The translations under genes were made by a program, and so were the position numbers. The notes beneath the pieces are model-generated. The model was not told where the DNA came from, ran no database searches, and saw nothing but the letters and a program-made list of their open reading frames with translations. Of a DNA stretch of 64,000 bases, positions 37,820-51,454 are shown in pieces. This stretch comes from the human T2T-CHM13v2.0 reference genome, Homo sapiens. How positions within the stretch are numbered: the stretch's first letter is position 1; each line of letters begins with the position of its first letter. The DNA lies in NCBI RefSeq assembly GCF_009914755.1, contig NC_060931.1. One strand, 5' to 3'.

Positions 37820-38920
37820 GAAGTACAATTACTTTTATAAAACAATTTTAAAATAATTGAAATAGTGTCTTTTTGGAACAGAGATAAACAGGTCAAGTGA
37901 ATGGAACAGAACAGAAATTCCAGAGATAAAGCCAAATCTACATAAGAACATAGGCATTGTGTGTCATGGGGAAATTACAAATGGGTTTTTAAAAATACAT
38001 GACAACAGTGAAATCACTGGAAGAGAAAATCTACTAAATATCTAACCTGGAGGTGGAAAAATACTTCTCAAGTATACAAGGAGAGTGATAGAAAAATACA
38101 TAGACTATATAGGCATTAGTCTAAAATTCTAAAATTCAAAAAGCACCCTACACTAACAAAATTAAAAGCAAATAATGTACAATAAATACATTTCTTTTTA
38201 CATTAGAAATGGTTAATATCCTTAAAACGTGAAGGGGTCTTACAAGTCAAGATAGGCCAACTCGAATGGTCAAAAGACAATTTACATAAAAAGGCAAAAG
38301 AAAAAAAAACCACTTGTGAAAAAAATCCAATCTCAATAATAAAGGCATATTAAAATAAGATACCTTTTCAAACTCTTAAAATTGAAACTTAAAAAAATTA
38401 ACAATTGGTGCCATGGAACTTCTGAGAAAAATATAAAATTGGTAAAAAAATTTTTAAAATCCATTTTTAAAAACATGCACATCCTTTAATTAATCATTTC
38501 CACTTTAAAAAAAAGAAGTCTATCTTAAAGACATAGACATGGACTGTTCAAACATTTCTAAGATAGTCTATTGTGCTAAGTATGCAAATTGGAACTAGTC
38601 TGGGTCCAGCAATAGGCAACCCATTAAACAGGTTATAAATCATGACATTTTAAAAACCAGACTAGGCAGGCATAAACAATTTTTTATAAAGAATATTTAA
38701 TAATAAGGGGAAATATTCACCACGTAAGTGAAGAGATATGCTATAAATACTAGCATTCTAAATATTTAATGCCAAAAAATGTGTCTTAAGTCATCTGGAA
38801 TAGAAACTAAAATATCATCAATGTTTACACTGGGTAGTGAGATGGACTGGAACTTGGTCTCTTTGCGCTTTTCTATAATTTTCCAAATTTTTACAACATA
38901 TACTATTTTAAGAAAAAGTT
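37820..38920 (+). mobile_element. Highly degraded L1M (L1ME-like) fragments
   Basis: A-rich; AATGGAACAGAACAGAAATTCCAGAGATAAA ORF2-like motif and L1ME-like 3' end. Confidence 0.5.
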
Positions 38921-39358
38921 ATAAAACTACTATATATTAAAATTATTTAAAATATAGCACACCTGTATCTTTGACAATTAACTCCATTTCTTGAAATTTA
39001 CCCTAATGACATAATAATAGGGAAACTTTAAAGGTGAGCCCATAACTGCTGATGAACCATAAAAATGCTATTGAAGAATATTAATGCTAGGAAAAACAAT
39101 TTCAGAATGTTAAAAAACAAAACATAAAAGTATAAAAAATGTTACATATGATGTGATTCTAATTTCATGACAATATATGTGTGATAAACATTTACATATA
39201 AAACCAGGAAGGAGGCAAAGTAAAAACAAAAATTGTTAGTTGTGTTTACCTGGTAGTTTGATTACTTTGCTCTATGTTACAGATTTTTTTTTAATGAAAA
39301 TGTATTGCTTTTATAATTACAAATTATAGTTCCAAAAAGTTCTGTAAAGTTTACATAC

Positions 39359-39443
39359 TTGGTTGCTCCATCATCGTATGTTCCCATTAAAACTATTGTT
39401 CCATCTTGTATGGCCTTCAGAAACTCAATAAATGGTGCCACAT
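39359..39443 (-). CDS. FAM3C: FAM3C exon 8
   Basis: [29 protein letters not shown]; TTCAG acceptor, GTATGT donor; 85 nt. Confidence 0.97.
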
Positions 39444-39866
39444 CTGAAGAAAAAGAAAGGGTTTAGGGTTTTAAAAAATGACTGAATAAGCATCACGATA
39501 ATCTCTGAAAGTAGTATTATAAAACATGAAGTATCTGTAAAGCAATAATTTCCAATGTAAAGTAATCCAAAAGACAGACAAATCTCATAAAGAGTTTAAA
39601 AACTGTTAAATTTGTCCCTTAACATAATCCCACTATCAACTTACAATTTCCCATTCCTGATTTATCCTGTGTCTTTCGTATTGATATTCCTGGGGCTAAG
39701 TGAAAAAAATCATAGCAAAGTAAAGCATGACTTACGAAGTAAGAAATTCAGAGATCTCTCAGATTTGAATAATTGGGATCCTGAAAACCTTATTCTGGGG
39801 TCCATGCATAAGCTTAAGGAGGCATGGGAGGTGTGTGGACTCCTTAAGTGTATGTAAAATTGTATG

Positions 39867-40188
39867 GGCTGAGCACAGTGACTCACATCTGTAATCCCAG
39901 CACCTTGGGAGGTCAGGGCTGGGGGATGGCTTGAGCCCAGGAGCTTGAAACCAGCCTGGGCAATATAGTGAGACCTCATCTCAACAAAAAAATTTAAAAA
40001 TTAGCCGAGCTTGGTGGCACATGCCTGTAGTCCTAGCTACTCAGGAAGTTGAGGCAGGAGAACTGCTTTGAGGCCAGGAGGTGGAGGTTGCGGTGAGCTG
40101 AGATCACACCACTGCACTCTAGCCTGGTTGACACAGCAAGACCCTGTCTCAAAAACAAAACAAAAAAACAAAAACGAAACGAAAAAAA
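39867..40188 (+). mobile_element. Alu (AluJ-like)
   Basis: Full dimer with (CAAAA)n-type tail. Confidence 0.93.
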
Positions 40189-40986
40189 GCATAACAATGT
40201 TTGTATGGGTACTTTACTAGAAAGAGGATACACAGCTTTTCTCCGATTCTCAAAGATATCTGTAATTTTTAGAAAATCTAAAAATACATATACACACAGA
40301 TTTAAAGGCTATTTTAGGTATATCATTTGCTATAAACTGGGAGAAGGAATATGTTAGGTGATCACTAAAAGCCAAACTAATTGTAGCAAATATTACAGTC
40401 ATTACTCATTTGATCTACCAAATCAAAATCCACAAGGACTTCAAAATAAACCACTTCAATGACTATAAACTGTTGATGCCAGATACATAGGTCAGATTCT
40501 AAAAACCACTTGACATCTTGAACTCTTTACAATGTCTGGGTTCCTTATAGCTCTGAAGTCTAATTCTACTCCAAAACTGGGTTACTTCAAATGTACTCAG
40601 TTTCTTTCCACAGCAAAGATGCCAAAGATTTTCGATAACTGATTATATTTCATAATAATAGCATTTTCAATTCAAAAAGATATAACAAGGCAGCTAACAA
40701 ACTACTTCCATTTAAATGCAAAAGTGGCAATAAACTGCAACAATTTCCTAACTAGAAGAATGCTGCTAGCGGTAATTAATCTACCTGTGACAAGAGAAGT
40801 AAGGAATACCAGAGCTCCTGGTCACATGACTGATTTCAACAACAGCTTTGTAAGACTCTTTCTATCAATAAATTTTGGCAGGACCAATTTATGCCTTTAG
40901 AATCTAAAATTGATGGTCCCATTTTAAGTTTATACAGCTTTGACAGCTATGCAATGTTGTCCTAACATTATTTAATAACAAAATAA

Positions 40987-41292
<306 letters not shown>

Positions 41293-42212
41293 ACATACCA
41301 TCTTATTACAAGCTGAAGATATGTTGGAAAAGCTAAATTATCTGAGAACTCTTAACATGAATTTCAGGAAGCCTAATAGCTGTTGGCTTCTAGGGAATAT
41401 ATAAATGGAATGGGGAGGTGCAGGGGAGATCCTCATACTGATCAATCTCCCAAATTAAAGAATCAAAAGATAAACCAGTGTTGGCCTCCCTTCAAACTGG
41501 AGGAAAAAAACCCATTCTTCCGGGCAGCGTTCTTCTTTGGGGTGCCAGTCCCTTGCCTCTGCGTGCTGGTAACTTCTTCCCACTCCTTGTGGGACTTCCA
41601 AATATGGAAGGGGAAAATATCTGTGGATTGCTTTACAAGAAAGAAAATTCTATTTCTTCCCTCAAATATTCATCTACCTAAAAAATTAGCTGCAAGTCAG
41701 AGGGTAGAACTGTGATGAATAATAGGACTGCTGTTCTAAAACTGATAGTTTATCTTGTCTTTCTAATGCTCCTAATGCTCCTAATGATTTATTTTTGAGA
41801 CTAAAAAATCACATTTAAAAAAAAATCAATTCCTATCACTTAGGAATGCTTACATTGGTTATTCTGGTCTTCAAATTACTTTTTTTTTTTAAATTTTAGA
41901 CACACTTAAAGGAGCCCAAAACTTTTGAATTGGTTGTCCTGTAGAAAACAAGATGACTTTTTTTAAAAAAATCTCAATTTTGATATTACTATCTTCAATT
42001 ATACACCACAAAAATTTTTTTCTAAGAAGAAGAAAGTATATAAAACATGAATGATAACTTAAATACAGCTGGACATTTAGTGAACAGAAAGTAAGGGAAA
42101 CAAAATGAACTAACGCAAATAGCATCATCATTCTCTCATTAATGGGCTACATTGTATTGAGGTGATTAAGTCAGTGCCAGCAAAAGAACACAGTCATGTT
42201 ATTTATGCTTAC

Positions 42213-42263
42213 CTCCTCCCCACATGTCAAAATATTTAGTGTCTAATACTTCTCCTGTTTTTC
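42213..42263 (-). CDS. FAM3C: FAM3C exon 7
   Basis: GKTGEVLDTKYFDMWGG; TTTTAG acceptor, GTAAGC donor; 51 nt. Confidence 0.97.
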
Positions 42264-43445
42264 CTAAAAGAGATTAAATTCATATCAAATTATGCATCTG
42301 AAATATATCATACACTGTAAGACCAATAATCTCATCCAATGATTGATGTGAATTCATTAGCAGAGAAGATGTGAATTCATTAGCATTAGAGAGATGTGAA
42401 TTCATCTCAAAGAATTACTTTGAGAACTTAAAATCTGAATCATATGCACCTGAAATATATTTTTAAAGGGTAATTTCTTAATAGAACTTTCTCATTAATC
42501 TTTTAAGCCGAAGGATAAATAGAAGTTCATTACTGACTGTAGACCATTCCAATTCGGTTAGATATATTTCATCGTTGTTTCCATATTCTCTTATTTTAAA
42601 ATTACTCAAAAGTAAACCTTTTACAAAAAAGAAGTATCTCCTTGAATCAGATGCCATTTTCTACATTAAATCAGTTTTTACAATAAAACTTACATTAACT
42701 TGCCCTATAAAATGTATTTTTTGCTATTAATGAAATAGACAGATGTTGAACCTTTTACCTAAGGAAATGAAGAAAGCAGAAGAACAAAAATTTACCTCTT
42801 GCTGTGAAAGTAGTAAAATATATTTTTCTACACTATGAAACTACAGTGGTTTCTAACCATCCTATATATCTTATAACCATCCTACATAGCTTTATGGAAT
42901 ACTTATTGTACCAGAACAGAGAGGATCAATATGCAGTTAGGCCTCACTTTATGGTTTTATGTTTTCAGATTTGATTTTGAAGGAAAATTTGAGATGTTCA
43001 GGATTCAATCAACTTATTCATACTAATTAAGCTATCAGAAGAATGTGGCTGATAATGAAAAATTACAATACATTCTTATTCTTTGTTCCTCCCCCTACAC
43101 CATCCTTTGTCATTTCATACGCCTTTAATCCTGTCAACCTATCTTCCTATTATGTTAGGATTCCAAAATTTGAAGCAAGATTTTATCAATGTGATGTTAG
43201 ACTGCTTGGTTTCTGACAATCTCATGGAAGCTCTTGCATAGCAAGTTAGGATACTTTCAAGAAACACGCTATAAATTCTTAGACACCAAGTCTCCACCCA
43301 TAGATTTTTTGCAGGGCAGGGATGGGACAGAGGGCTTTATCATCAAGAGCAGTACTTTCTAACCTGATCCTCTGATAGTGCATTTTACTTTGGGACAGAA
43401 AAATACCCAATGATTACATCCATAAGCTAAAATAATTGTTCTTAC

Positions 43446-43504
43446 CATTTGCCAAGGCAACATTGATCCCTCTTCCAACATTATTCTTAACACCACTCAT
43501 TAAA
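43446..43504 (-). CDS. FAM3C: FAM3C exon 6
   Basis: VLMSGVKNNVGRGINVALAN; TTCAG acceptor, GTAAG donor; 59 nt. Confidence 0.97.
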
Positions 43505-44834
43505 CTGAAGGGGGAGAAATTGAAATAAATTTAGAATTAAATATTGTACAATAACATATCAGAAAAATAAAGTCTTGCAAAAAAAGTTAGGAATATTATA
43601 CATATTTTCAATTGTTCAGTGCTGCGGAGGAAATTAAAAAGATCTCTACTAAGTCAGAGAAGACAGTCTAATACTGAATAATTTTAAAGCAATGTCCTTA
43701 AATAATATTTCACAAATAGAAATACATATTAAAAAATATTAGGCCTGAAATAATAGACCATTTTTGTGCTACACTGCTTCAGATTATTCTTAAAACATGG
43801 ACATTAAGCATATGTTCTGCATCATTCTTAAGGTATCAAACAAAAGATAATCTCTTTTCTGCTCTCTTCAATACCAGCGTGACATGAAACAGAAGCGAGA
43901 TACTACCCCCATCATTTAAATCTAAAAGCAAACAGAGTGGGGGAGCACTCTTTCATGAATGTTTTACCTAATTGTGAACATTCTCCTAGTGATTATCACT
44001 GTAAAGTTCGTCTACACTAAGAAATATTGCACTCATGAAATCACTGCATTGAATGACAGTCACTTACGTGGTGACTACCTGAAATAATCGACTTCCATGG
44101 GCAGCTCACAGACCACTATATAAAGACAATGACACTGTAAAATGGAAGGTACCAGTGACAAATTTGCTGGTTATCAGTTCAGTTTGTTCAATTGCTCAAA
44201 TTAGAATTATTAAACTAAAATTGTGAGTTCTTTTAACTCAAAACTTCAAGGTAATAGTAATACTCCCAGTGGTGTGCTGTTAACTATTTAACAACTGCTC
44301 TGTGTTTAGGAGAGAGAGGCAATATGCACATATGTGACTACACGTGCACACACTTGTCCTTATATAGACAGAATTATATATACACATAGGTACACAATTT
44401 ATTATAAACTACTAAAAGATGTATAGCACACAATTTCATAAATAAAATCTACGATGTACTTTATTATAAATCTCAGTCGATTCTCACAGAGTATTTTAGT
44501 TGATTTTTCAAACAATTCACATCTGCAGCTGAACTATGGTTGCAATTGATGAATGAGCTCAGTTCTAACAAACGTTGGATCTATGTTAATAAGATAAAAT
44601 AAAGAAAAACAAATAATGGAGATTCATGTTCAAATTCCACTTGCCTGTCAATGATGACTGAATCAGATAATAAGTTTTAAATATTGGAAGACTACTTCCT
44701 ACATTTTTGGTGCTATCCACCATATAATAGATATAGATAGGACATATTTTTCAATTTAATCTGTGTAATATTTTCTCCCTCACCTCAAGTCTAGAACTTG
44801 AGTCTGCAAACTTTTTGTGTAAAGAGAGAAAGCA

Positions 44835-46043
44835 CTAAAGAAGCTATAGGGAGATACATTCAAAAACACTATAAATAAATCAAAAGAAACACTTTTTTAA
44901 AATGTTTATGTAACTCATAGGAAGGCAGGAAAATGAGAAAATGAAAACAAATAATAAAATAGACTTAAACCCTCATATATTAATAATTATAATAAATGAA
45001 AATAGTTTCAACATACCAAATAAAGACAGAAATTGGCAAAGTGAATTAAAACAGGAACCAACTACACACTGTCTACAAGAAACTCACTTTAAATATAATT
45101 ATATAGGCAGTGGAAAGTAAAAGGGTAGAAAGAGACATATCATGCAAACATTAATCAAAAGAGAAATTACAATTCAATTATAAAGAAACAACCCAATTTA
45201 TCAATGGGCAAAGGGTTTCAACAGACATTTCTCCACAGAAGATATACAAATGGCCAATAAGCACACAAAAACATGCTAGACACCACTAATCATCAGGGAA
45301 ATGCAAATGAGATTTCACTTCACATCTACTAGGCTGGCTATAATCAGTAAGTCAGATAATAACAAGTGTTGGCAAGGATGTGGAGAAATTGGAACCTTCA
45401 TACACTGCTGGCGGAAATGCAAACAGATGCAGCCACTTTGGAAAACTATCTGGCAGTTCCTCAAATAATTAAACAGAGTTACCACCTAAAACAAAATCCA
45501 CTCCCTGGGAGTATAAAGAAATCAAAACATATGTCCACATAAAATGTGTACATAAATGTTTCTGTAAATGTTACTCATTATAGTTAAAAAGTGGAAACAA
45601 CTCAAATGTCTACCAACTAATGAATGAGTAAACAAAATGTGGTATATCCATACAATGGAATATCGTTCAGACATAAAAGGAATGAAGTTCTGATACATGA
45701 TATAACATGGAGGAAGCCTGAAAACATTATGGTAAGAAGCCAATCACAAAAGACCAAATATTATATACCACTTATATGAACTGTCCAAAATAGGCAAATC
45801 TATAAAGACAGAAAGGAAACTAATGGTTAACTTAGGGTTTGGGGGTGGGGAAGTGGGGCAGGACAAGAAAGGCATAGAAGGATATTAGCTAAGGGGTACA
45901 GGGTTTCTTTTTGAGGTATAAAAATTTTCTAAAATTGACTGTGGCAGAGATTGCATATATCTGTGAATATAATAAACCACTGACTGTATAATATAAATGA
46001 GCAAAATGGACGGCATGTGAATTATATCTCAAAGCTGTTTAAA
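44835..46043 (+). mobile_element. L1M (L1MB-like), ORF2 5' part joined to ORF2 3' end and 3'UTR
   Basis: CTGTCTACAAGAAACTCACTTTAAAT (endonuclease region), then ACAGACATTTCTCCACAGAAGATATACAAATGGCCAATAAGCAC (3' region), ending TGTGAATTATATCTCAAAGCTGTT. Confidence 0.85.
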
Positions 46044-46645
46044 AGTACTAGCTTGGAGCATATACATTTAAAAGGTTCTATGCTTTACTACTTAACCATT
46101 GGCTCAGCTGCATCAAAGAGAAGGAAGTTTCAAAATGTACTGTTCTGTTTCTTTCAGAAATACATTCAATAAGTAAACTCCATCATTAAGAAGTAACTGC
46201 TGTGATTAACGGGTTAAGTGCCAGAGTGACTTTTCCAAGTAAAGATCATCAAGGAGTATGATGTGGCATTTTACAGACTGAAATCTATCATAAAGCAAAG
46301 AAATAAAGGTAACAAAGAAGCACAATGACATAGGCTTCCCACAAGAGGGCAGCAGCTTATCAATTTTTAAAAACTGAAATTCAAACAGAAAATCTCTAAC
46401 AAATAAAAAATCCACTGAGATTTAAAATGTATAAAGGTTAGTAACCCTTACTAACACAAGTTGAAATATTTTCTTTTATCCTTCATGAATATAAGGTACC
46501 CCTTCCCACATCTCTAGGCAAAATTCTAAAGGAAATGATTATATCATCTGTAGAAATACTCAATATATCCAAATATAGATTTGTTTCAAATAGCTACTTC
46601 ATGTCCTAGTTATTAGTTATTATCTCTTAAGATGGTTAGTTTAAA

Positions 46646-46836
46646 GCAGGGCTTGGCAAACTATAGCTCACGAGCCAAATCCTGCCAACTGGTTTTTTGA
46701 TTTGTTTTACTACTCATGAGCTTAGAATAGTTTTTACATTTTTAAATGGTTACATTTTAAATGATTATGTAAGTACATACATAATAACCTTGATTTTACC
46801 TCTTTGCCCTCATAGCCAAAAACATTGATCCCTTGT
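46646..46836. mobile_element. MER58-like hAT MITE
   Basis: CAGGGCTTGGCAAACTATAGCTCACGAGCCAAATCCTGCC start. Confidence 0.7.
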
Positions 46837-47021
46837 TAAAAAAAAATCCCTCAAAATAATCTCATATTCTTGCAGCAAACATTACCATTAAAATCAAAAG
46901 TAATGAATTATTCCTAATATCAAATTCATACAAATTGAAATCAAATGAATATATGCCTTAGATGAAAATTATAATTGGAACATAAGTTAGTTCTATGGGT
47001 GCTCTAACGAGAAAGAAAAAA

Positions 47022-47328
47022 CCTGTAATCCCAGCACTTTGGGAGGCTGAGGTGGGAAGACTGCTTGAACCCAAGACTTCAAGACCACCTTGGGCAACAC
47101 AATGGGACCCCATTTCCACAAAAATAGAAAAATTAGCTGCATGTGGTGGTATGCGCCTGTAGTCCCAGCTACTCAGGAGGTGGAGGTGGGAAGATCGCTT
47201 GAGTCCAGGCATTCAAAGTTGCAGTGACCTAAAATTGCGTCACTGTACTCCAGCCTGGGCAACAGAATGAGACCCTGTCTCTAGGTAAAAAAGAAAAGAA
47301 AAAAGAAAAAGTAAAGGAAAAAAAAAAG
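47022..47328 (+). mobile_element. Alu (AluJ-like, 5' slightly truncated)
   Basis: Begins CCTGTAATCCCAGCACTTTGGGAGG; A-rich tail. Confidence 0.93.
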
Positions 47329-47478
47329 CTGCAATTACTGTTTTTCCTGAGACCTGAGGTTCATACCTGCGATTTTCTAACTAATGAGACATTTAAAACA
47401 CATCTTTATCAGCATAATGTATTTTGACTTCAACTACTTATGACCACCATCCTAATTGTAATTATCACCTGTCTGTAT

Positions 47479-47662
47479 CAGAGTTTCTCAAACCCAGCCT
47501 CTCATTTTAAGAGCCTGATAATTCTTGTGGATGAGCTGACCTATGCACTGAAAGATGTTTAACAGCATCTCTGGCCTCTACAAGGAGTACCTCCAAAGCT
47601 ATGACAACCCAAAATTACAATGTTCCCTGGAAAGCAAAACTGCCCCCATTGAGACACACTGA
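47479..47662. mobile_element. MER20-like hAT MITE
   Basis: CAGAGTTTCTCAA...GATGTTTAACAGCATCTCTGGCCTCTA...TGACAACCCAAA...TTGAGACACACTG. Confidence 0.75.
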
Positions 47663-48260
47663 TCCAAGATTAGTAGTCTCCAAAGTGAGTTACATGTACT
47701 CAGAGCAGGTGCTGTGAAAAGACTAAATTCTCTGCTTGTGTTATTTTTATTATCTACTTATAGATTTTAGTGAATGTATAAGCAATAAAGTCTGTTACCA
47801 ACAGGGAGGCAGTATGAAAGTGCTGTGGCAGTAACTGGCAATGGCCTTCCAATTGTCCTCTCTATTCCACTTCCTTAATTATTTTACACAGCAACCAGAT
47901 AACTTTTTTCAATATAAATAAAATCACGACATGCCAGAATTTGAAATCCTTCCACAAGTTCTCAATACACTCAGAAAAAAGTCTCAACCCTTTACCTGCG
48001 TGGCCTACAAGTTCCTATGCAGCCTGGCCCTAATTCACTTCTCTCCAGAGCTATCCAATCTTAGGGCCTTCGAGCAGGCTTCTTCCTCCTGCTCGAAGAC
48101 CAAGGATGGTCTTCCTTTCTATCCCTCAGATCTCAGAATACACATCACTGTCTTAGAAACTGTTCCATAACCCTCAATCTAAAAGTTAGACACCTCTTTC
48201 CATCCACTCTCGCCAGTACTCATCACACCCTGCTGCCCTGCAGGGCTGGTATCACAATTT

Positions 48261-48595
<335 letters not shown>

Positions 48596-50124
48596 TGGTG
48601 TCACAATTTATAAGTACGTATTTTTTTTAAGCATCTGTCACCCCTACTAAACTGTAAGTTCCATGACAGGAGGGATTATGCTCAAAAATACTTGCTGAAC
48701 AGGTGAATAAATGACTCTCAGAAAACTTAAGACTCTTTCTTTGGACTTTAACCTGAGGCTTGGGTATAAAATCCCACCAAGTATTTAATCTCTCATGGTA
48801 ATGGCAGAATGGTTCCTGAAATAAGGATGGATAGGTGGCCTGCCTCATTTAATGGTTAAAGAAACTGAAACACAAATGCTACATGACACGCCCACCATGC
48901 TAGAAGCAAATTCTCTGGCTCTAAGCCCAGTATGTATTTTACCAAGCTCCACTGTCTATGCACTGTTCGCTTTCTGACCTTAGATCTTTAGCTGTTCAAC
49001 ATTAGGCTGAGGGATAGAGAACAGCTTCTAAGACAGTGATGTGTACTCTGAGAACCAAAGGTCAAGAAGGAAGACAGCCAAGTGAAGAGTGAGGAAAGAC
49101 CATCCTAGACAGAAGAGTATACTCTAAGGCCCCAAGATCAGGAAGATCTGGAGAGAAGTGAATAAGGGTCAGGATGTGGGTAAACAGTTGAGCTTTTTTT
49201 CTGAGTGTGTTTTGTTGTTTACGGTTTTAATCTGTGAATAAAAAACCTGCTAGTAAACAGTCTGATCTCTTCTTCTCTGAACTAAAATTCACATGCATCA
49301 AGGGGGCAGAATAGATGTCCAAAATCATCCATGGGTTAGGTATTCTAAAAGAACTTTGTTCCTGTGATTTAGAATCAAATTTGGGGTCTATTTAACCAAA
49401 CAAGATAAAGAGTGGAAATGAGAATGTTTTCAAAAACCTACAAACTTCTAAAATGCAAGTGCCTTATTATGCATCAGTAAAACAGGACTATTCTAATGAG
49501 AAATCAGAAGACAAATGGATTAACAATAAATCATCATTAGAATACGGGAAAATAAAGGAAATCAGTACAGACCTTAATGATCATCTAGCTCAAGCCCTTA
49601 ATTTTACAAGAAAAGTGTTGTCCCATGAAGCTCAATAAACTTCTTACAGCTAACTGCCTGCAAAAGAGGCTAGGATAAAAATTTAAGAGCTTCAATATTA
49701 AAAAGAAGAGGCACATAAACAGCTAGGAAAAGCTGCCTAGGTCTCCTCTTTGCTATAAAATTATCTCTTTATTCTATATAATTCGTGACAAATTTATTAT
49801 TTTATATTAAATTTAAATAAGCCCCCATGTCTAGTTTTCTAGGCAATAGCATATTAAAAGCAACCAACTAAAAGTAGGATTTGCAATTTCAGCAGCAGGA
49901 ACTTGCGAGCAACAGTTGACACTGAGGTAGGATATCAAAAATCCTAAAAACCATCCTTTAGAAAGCATCTCAACATAGGAAACCATTCAGCTTAGAGGCA
50001 AGCAGTTTGTGCTGCAATGGAACTGAGGTTATCACTGGATCATTTCACACTTCAACAAGTAGCACTCAAATATTTTAAATGAAAGACGTTGGATTTCATT
50101 TAAAATAAAGAGAACACATTCATT

Positions 50125-50360
50125 GTCCAGGGCAATGTTGCAAATAGGATTTCTGCCACGATGAAAATGCTCTCTCTGCTGTTCCATTTGGTGACCATGA
50201 ACCACATGTGGCCACTGAACACCTGAACTGCGGTGACAGATACCAAGGAACTGAACTTTTTAGTTAATTTAAGTGAATTAACTTTCTTCCTAATATTTAA
50301 GGATCAAAATTAAATAGCCACATGTGTTCTGTTGCTAGCAAATGGGACAGTGCAGATCTA
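50125..50360. mobile_element. MER3/MER33-like hAT MITE
   Basis: CCACATGTGGCCACTGAACACCTGAA...AATTAAATAGCCACATGTG. Confidence 0.65.
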
Positions 50361-50614
50361 GAGAATTTACTCAGAGGAAATCTCTTATCTCTATAAAGCC
50401 GAATAAGTGTTACGTTCTTAGTCACTCTCTAATATAAAATTTAAGAACTTTAAGGTCCCTTGAATTCATGAGAAAAAAACTACATAACAAAAATGGAAAT
50501 CACTTTCCATTAATAAAGTATACCGAACACATTTTCAAAATATCCATTAAACTCAGGTTCAATTGGCTGCAATTTAATAGCACACCTTATCGTCTCAAGT
50601 CAACAAAGACTTAC

Positions 50615-50738
50615 ACATTATCTTCCAGGCAGATTTTGGGTCCCACCACGTTGGCTGCTCCACTTGCCATTTTAAAAGCAAAATGCTTCTCAGGGCAAGC
50701 TTTTGAGATCCCACACTTATATCTGGGAGGCTTTGTAG
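50615..50738 (-). CDS. FAM3C: FAM3C exon 5
   Basis: [42 protein letters not shown]; AAG acceptor, GTAAGT donor; 124 nt. Confidence 0.97.
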
Positions 50739-51424
50739 CTTTGGGGGAGAAAACATGATGTCTTTTTTTAGAAAACAAGTTAACAGACTTTACCTCACTT
50801 TACTTCAAATCTCAAACCACAAAGAGCATTAAGAAAAACATCAAGATACACGTATCTTAAAATACAAGCTAATTTGTTCCCCTGAGGGTTTCAAAGAACC
50901 TCAAAAAATTTTTTTAAAAAAAAACAGCAACAAAGAAACCCACAACAGACACCAGATCTTCCTAGGAAACAAACTAATAATGGATGCAAATGAGTCAAGT
51001 AATATGATCTGCATTAGGGCAAATATATTTTATCTAACTATGAGTTTATTTTTAAATTTTAGGATGTGGGGGGTTCTGAATGTTACTTTGCACTTCTAGT
51101 CCATATATGCACAAAAAATCGTCACCTCCAGGATAATTAAAAAAGGCCTAATGTTCCATTGACTACCTTGCCCATGTACACTCTTAACTCCTTCTCACAC
51201 CAATTTCTGTACTTATAATAACGGAGCTAAAAAACACAAAATATCCATCATGAATAATTGCCAAAAATATTTGGGCTGTCCAATCAAATAGCATCCTCAT
51301 AACTTTAAAAAGCAATTTCTAAAGCAGTTTTTCCTCATACTGAACTACTGACACTTTGAATATAAGCTCTCATATGCCTAAGGCAGAATAAATCATACAT
51401 AAAATATTGAGATGAAATACTTAC

Positions 51425-51454
51425 AACGTGCAGCTGTGTCCAATGCTGATCTTG
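51425..51454 (-). CDS. FAM3C: FAM3C exon 4 (30-nt exon)
   Basis: ARSALDTAARS; T11-CAG acceptor, GTAAGT donor; keeps frame between exons 3 and 5. Confidence 0.95.

Noticed and set aside
42345-42408. CRISPR-like repeat-spacer appearance (also 22655-22708 and 25777-25858)
   Set aside because: Only 2-3 short units, no unique regular spacers, no cas genes, and eukaryotic intronic or intergenic context
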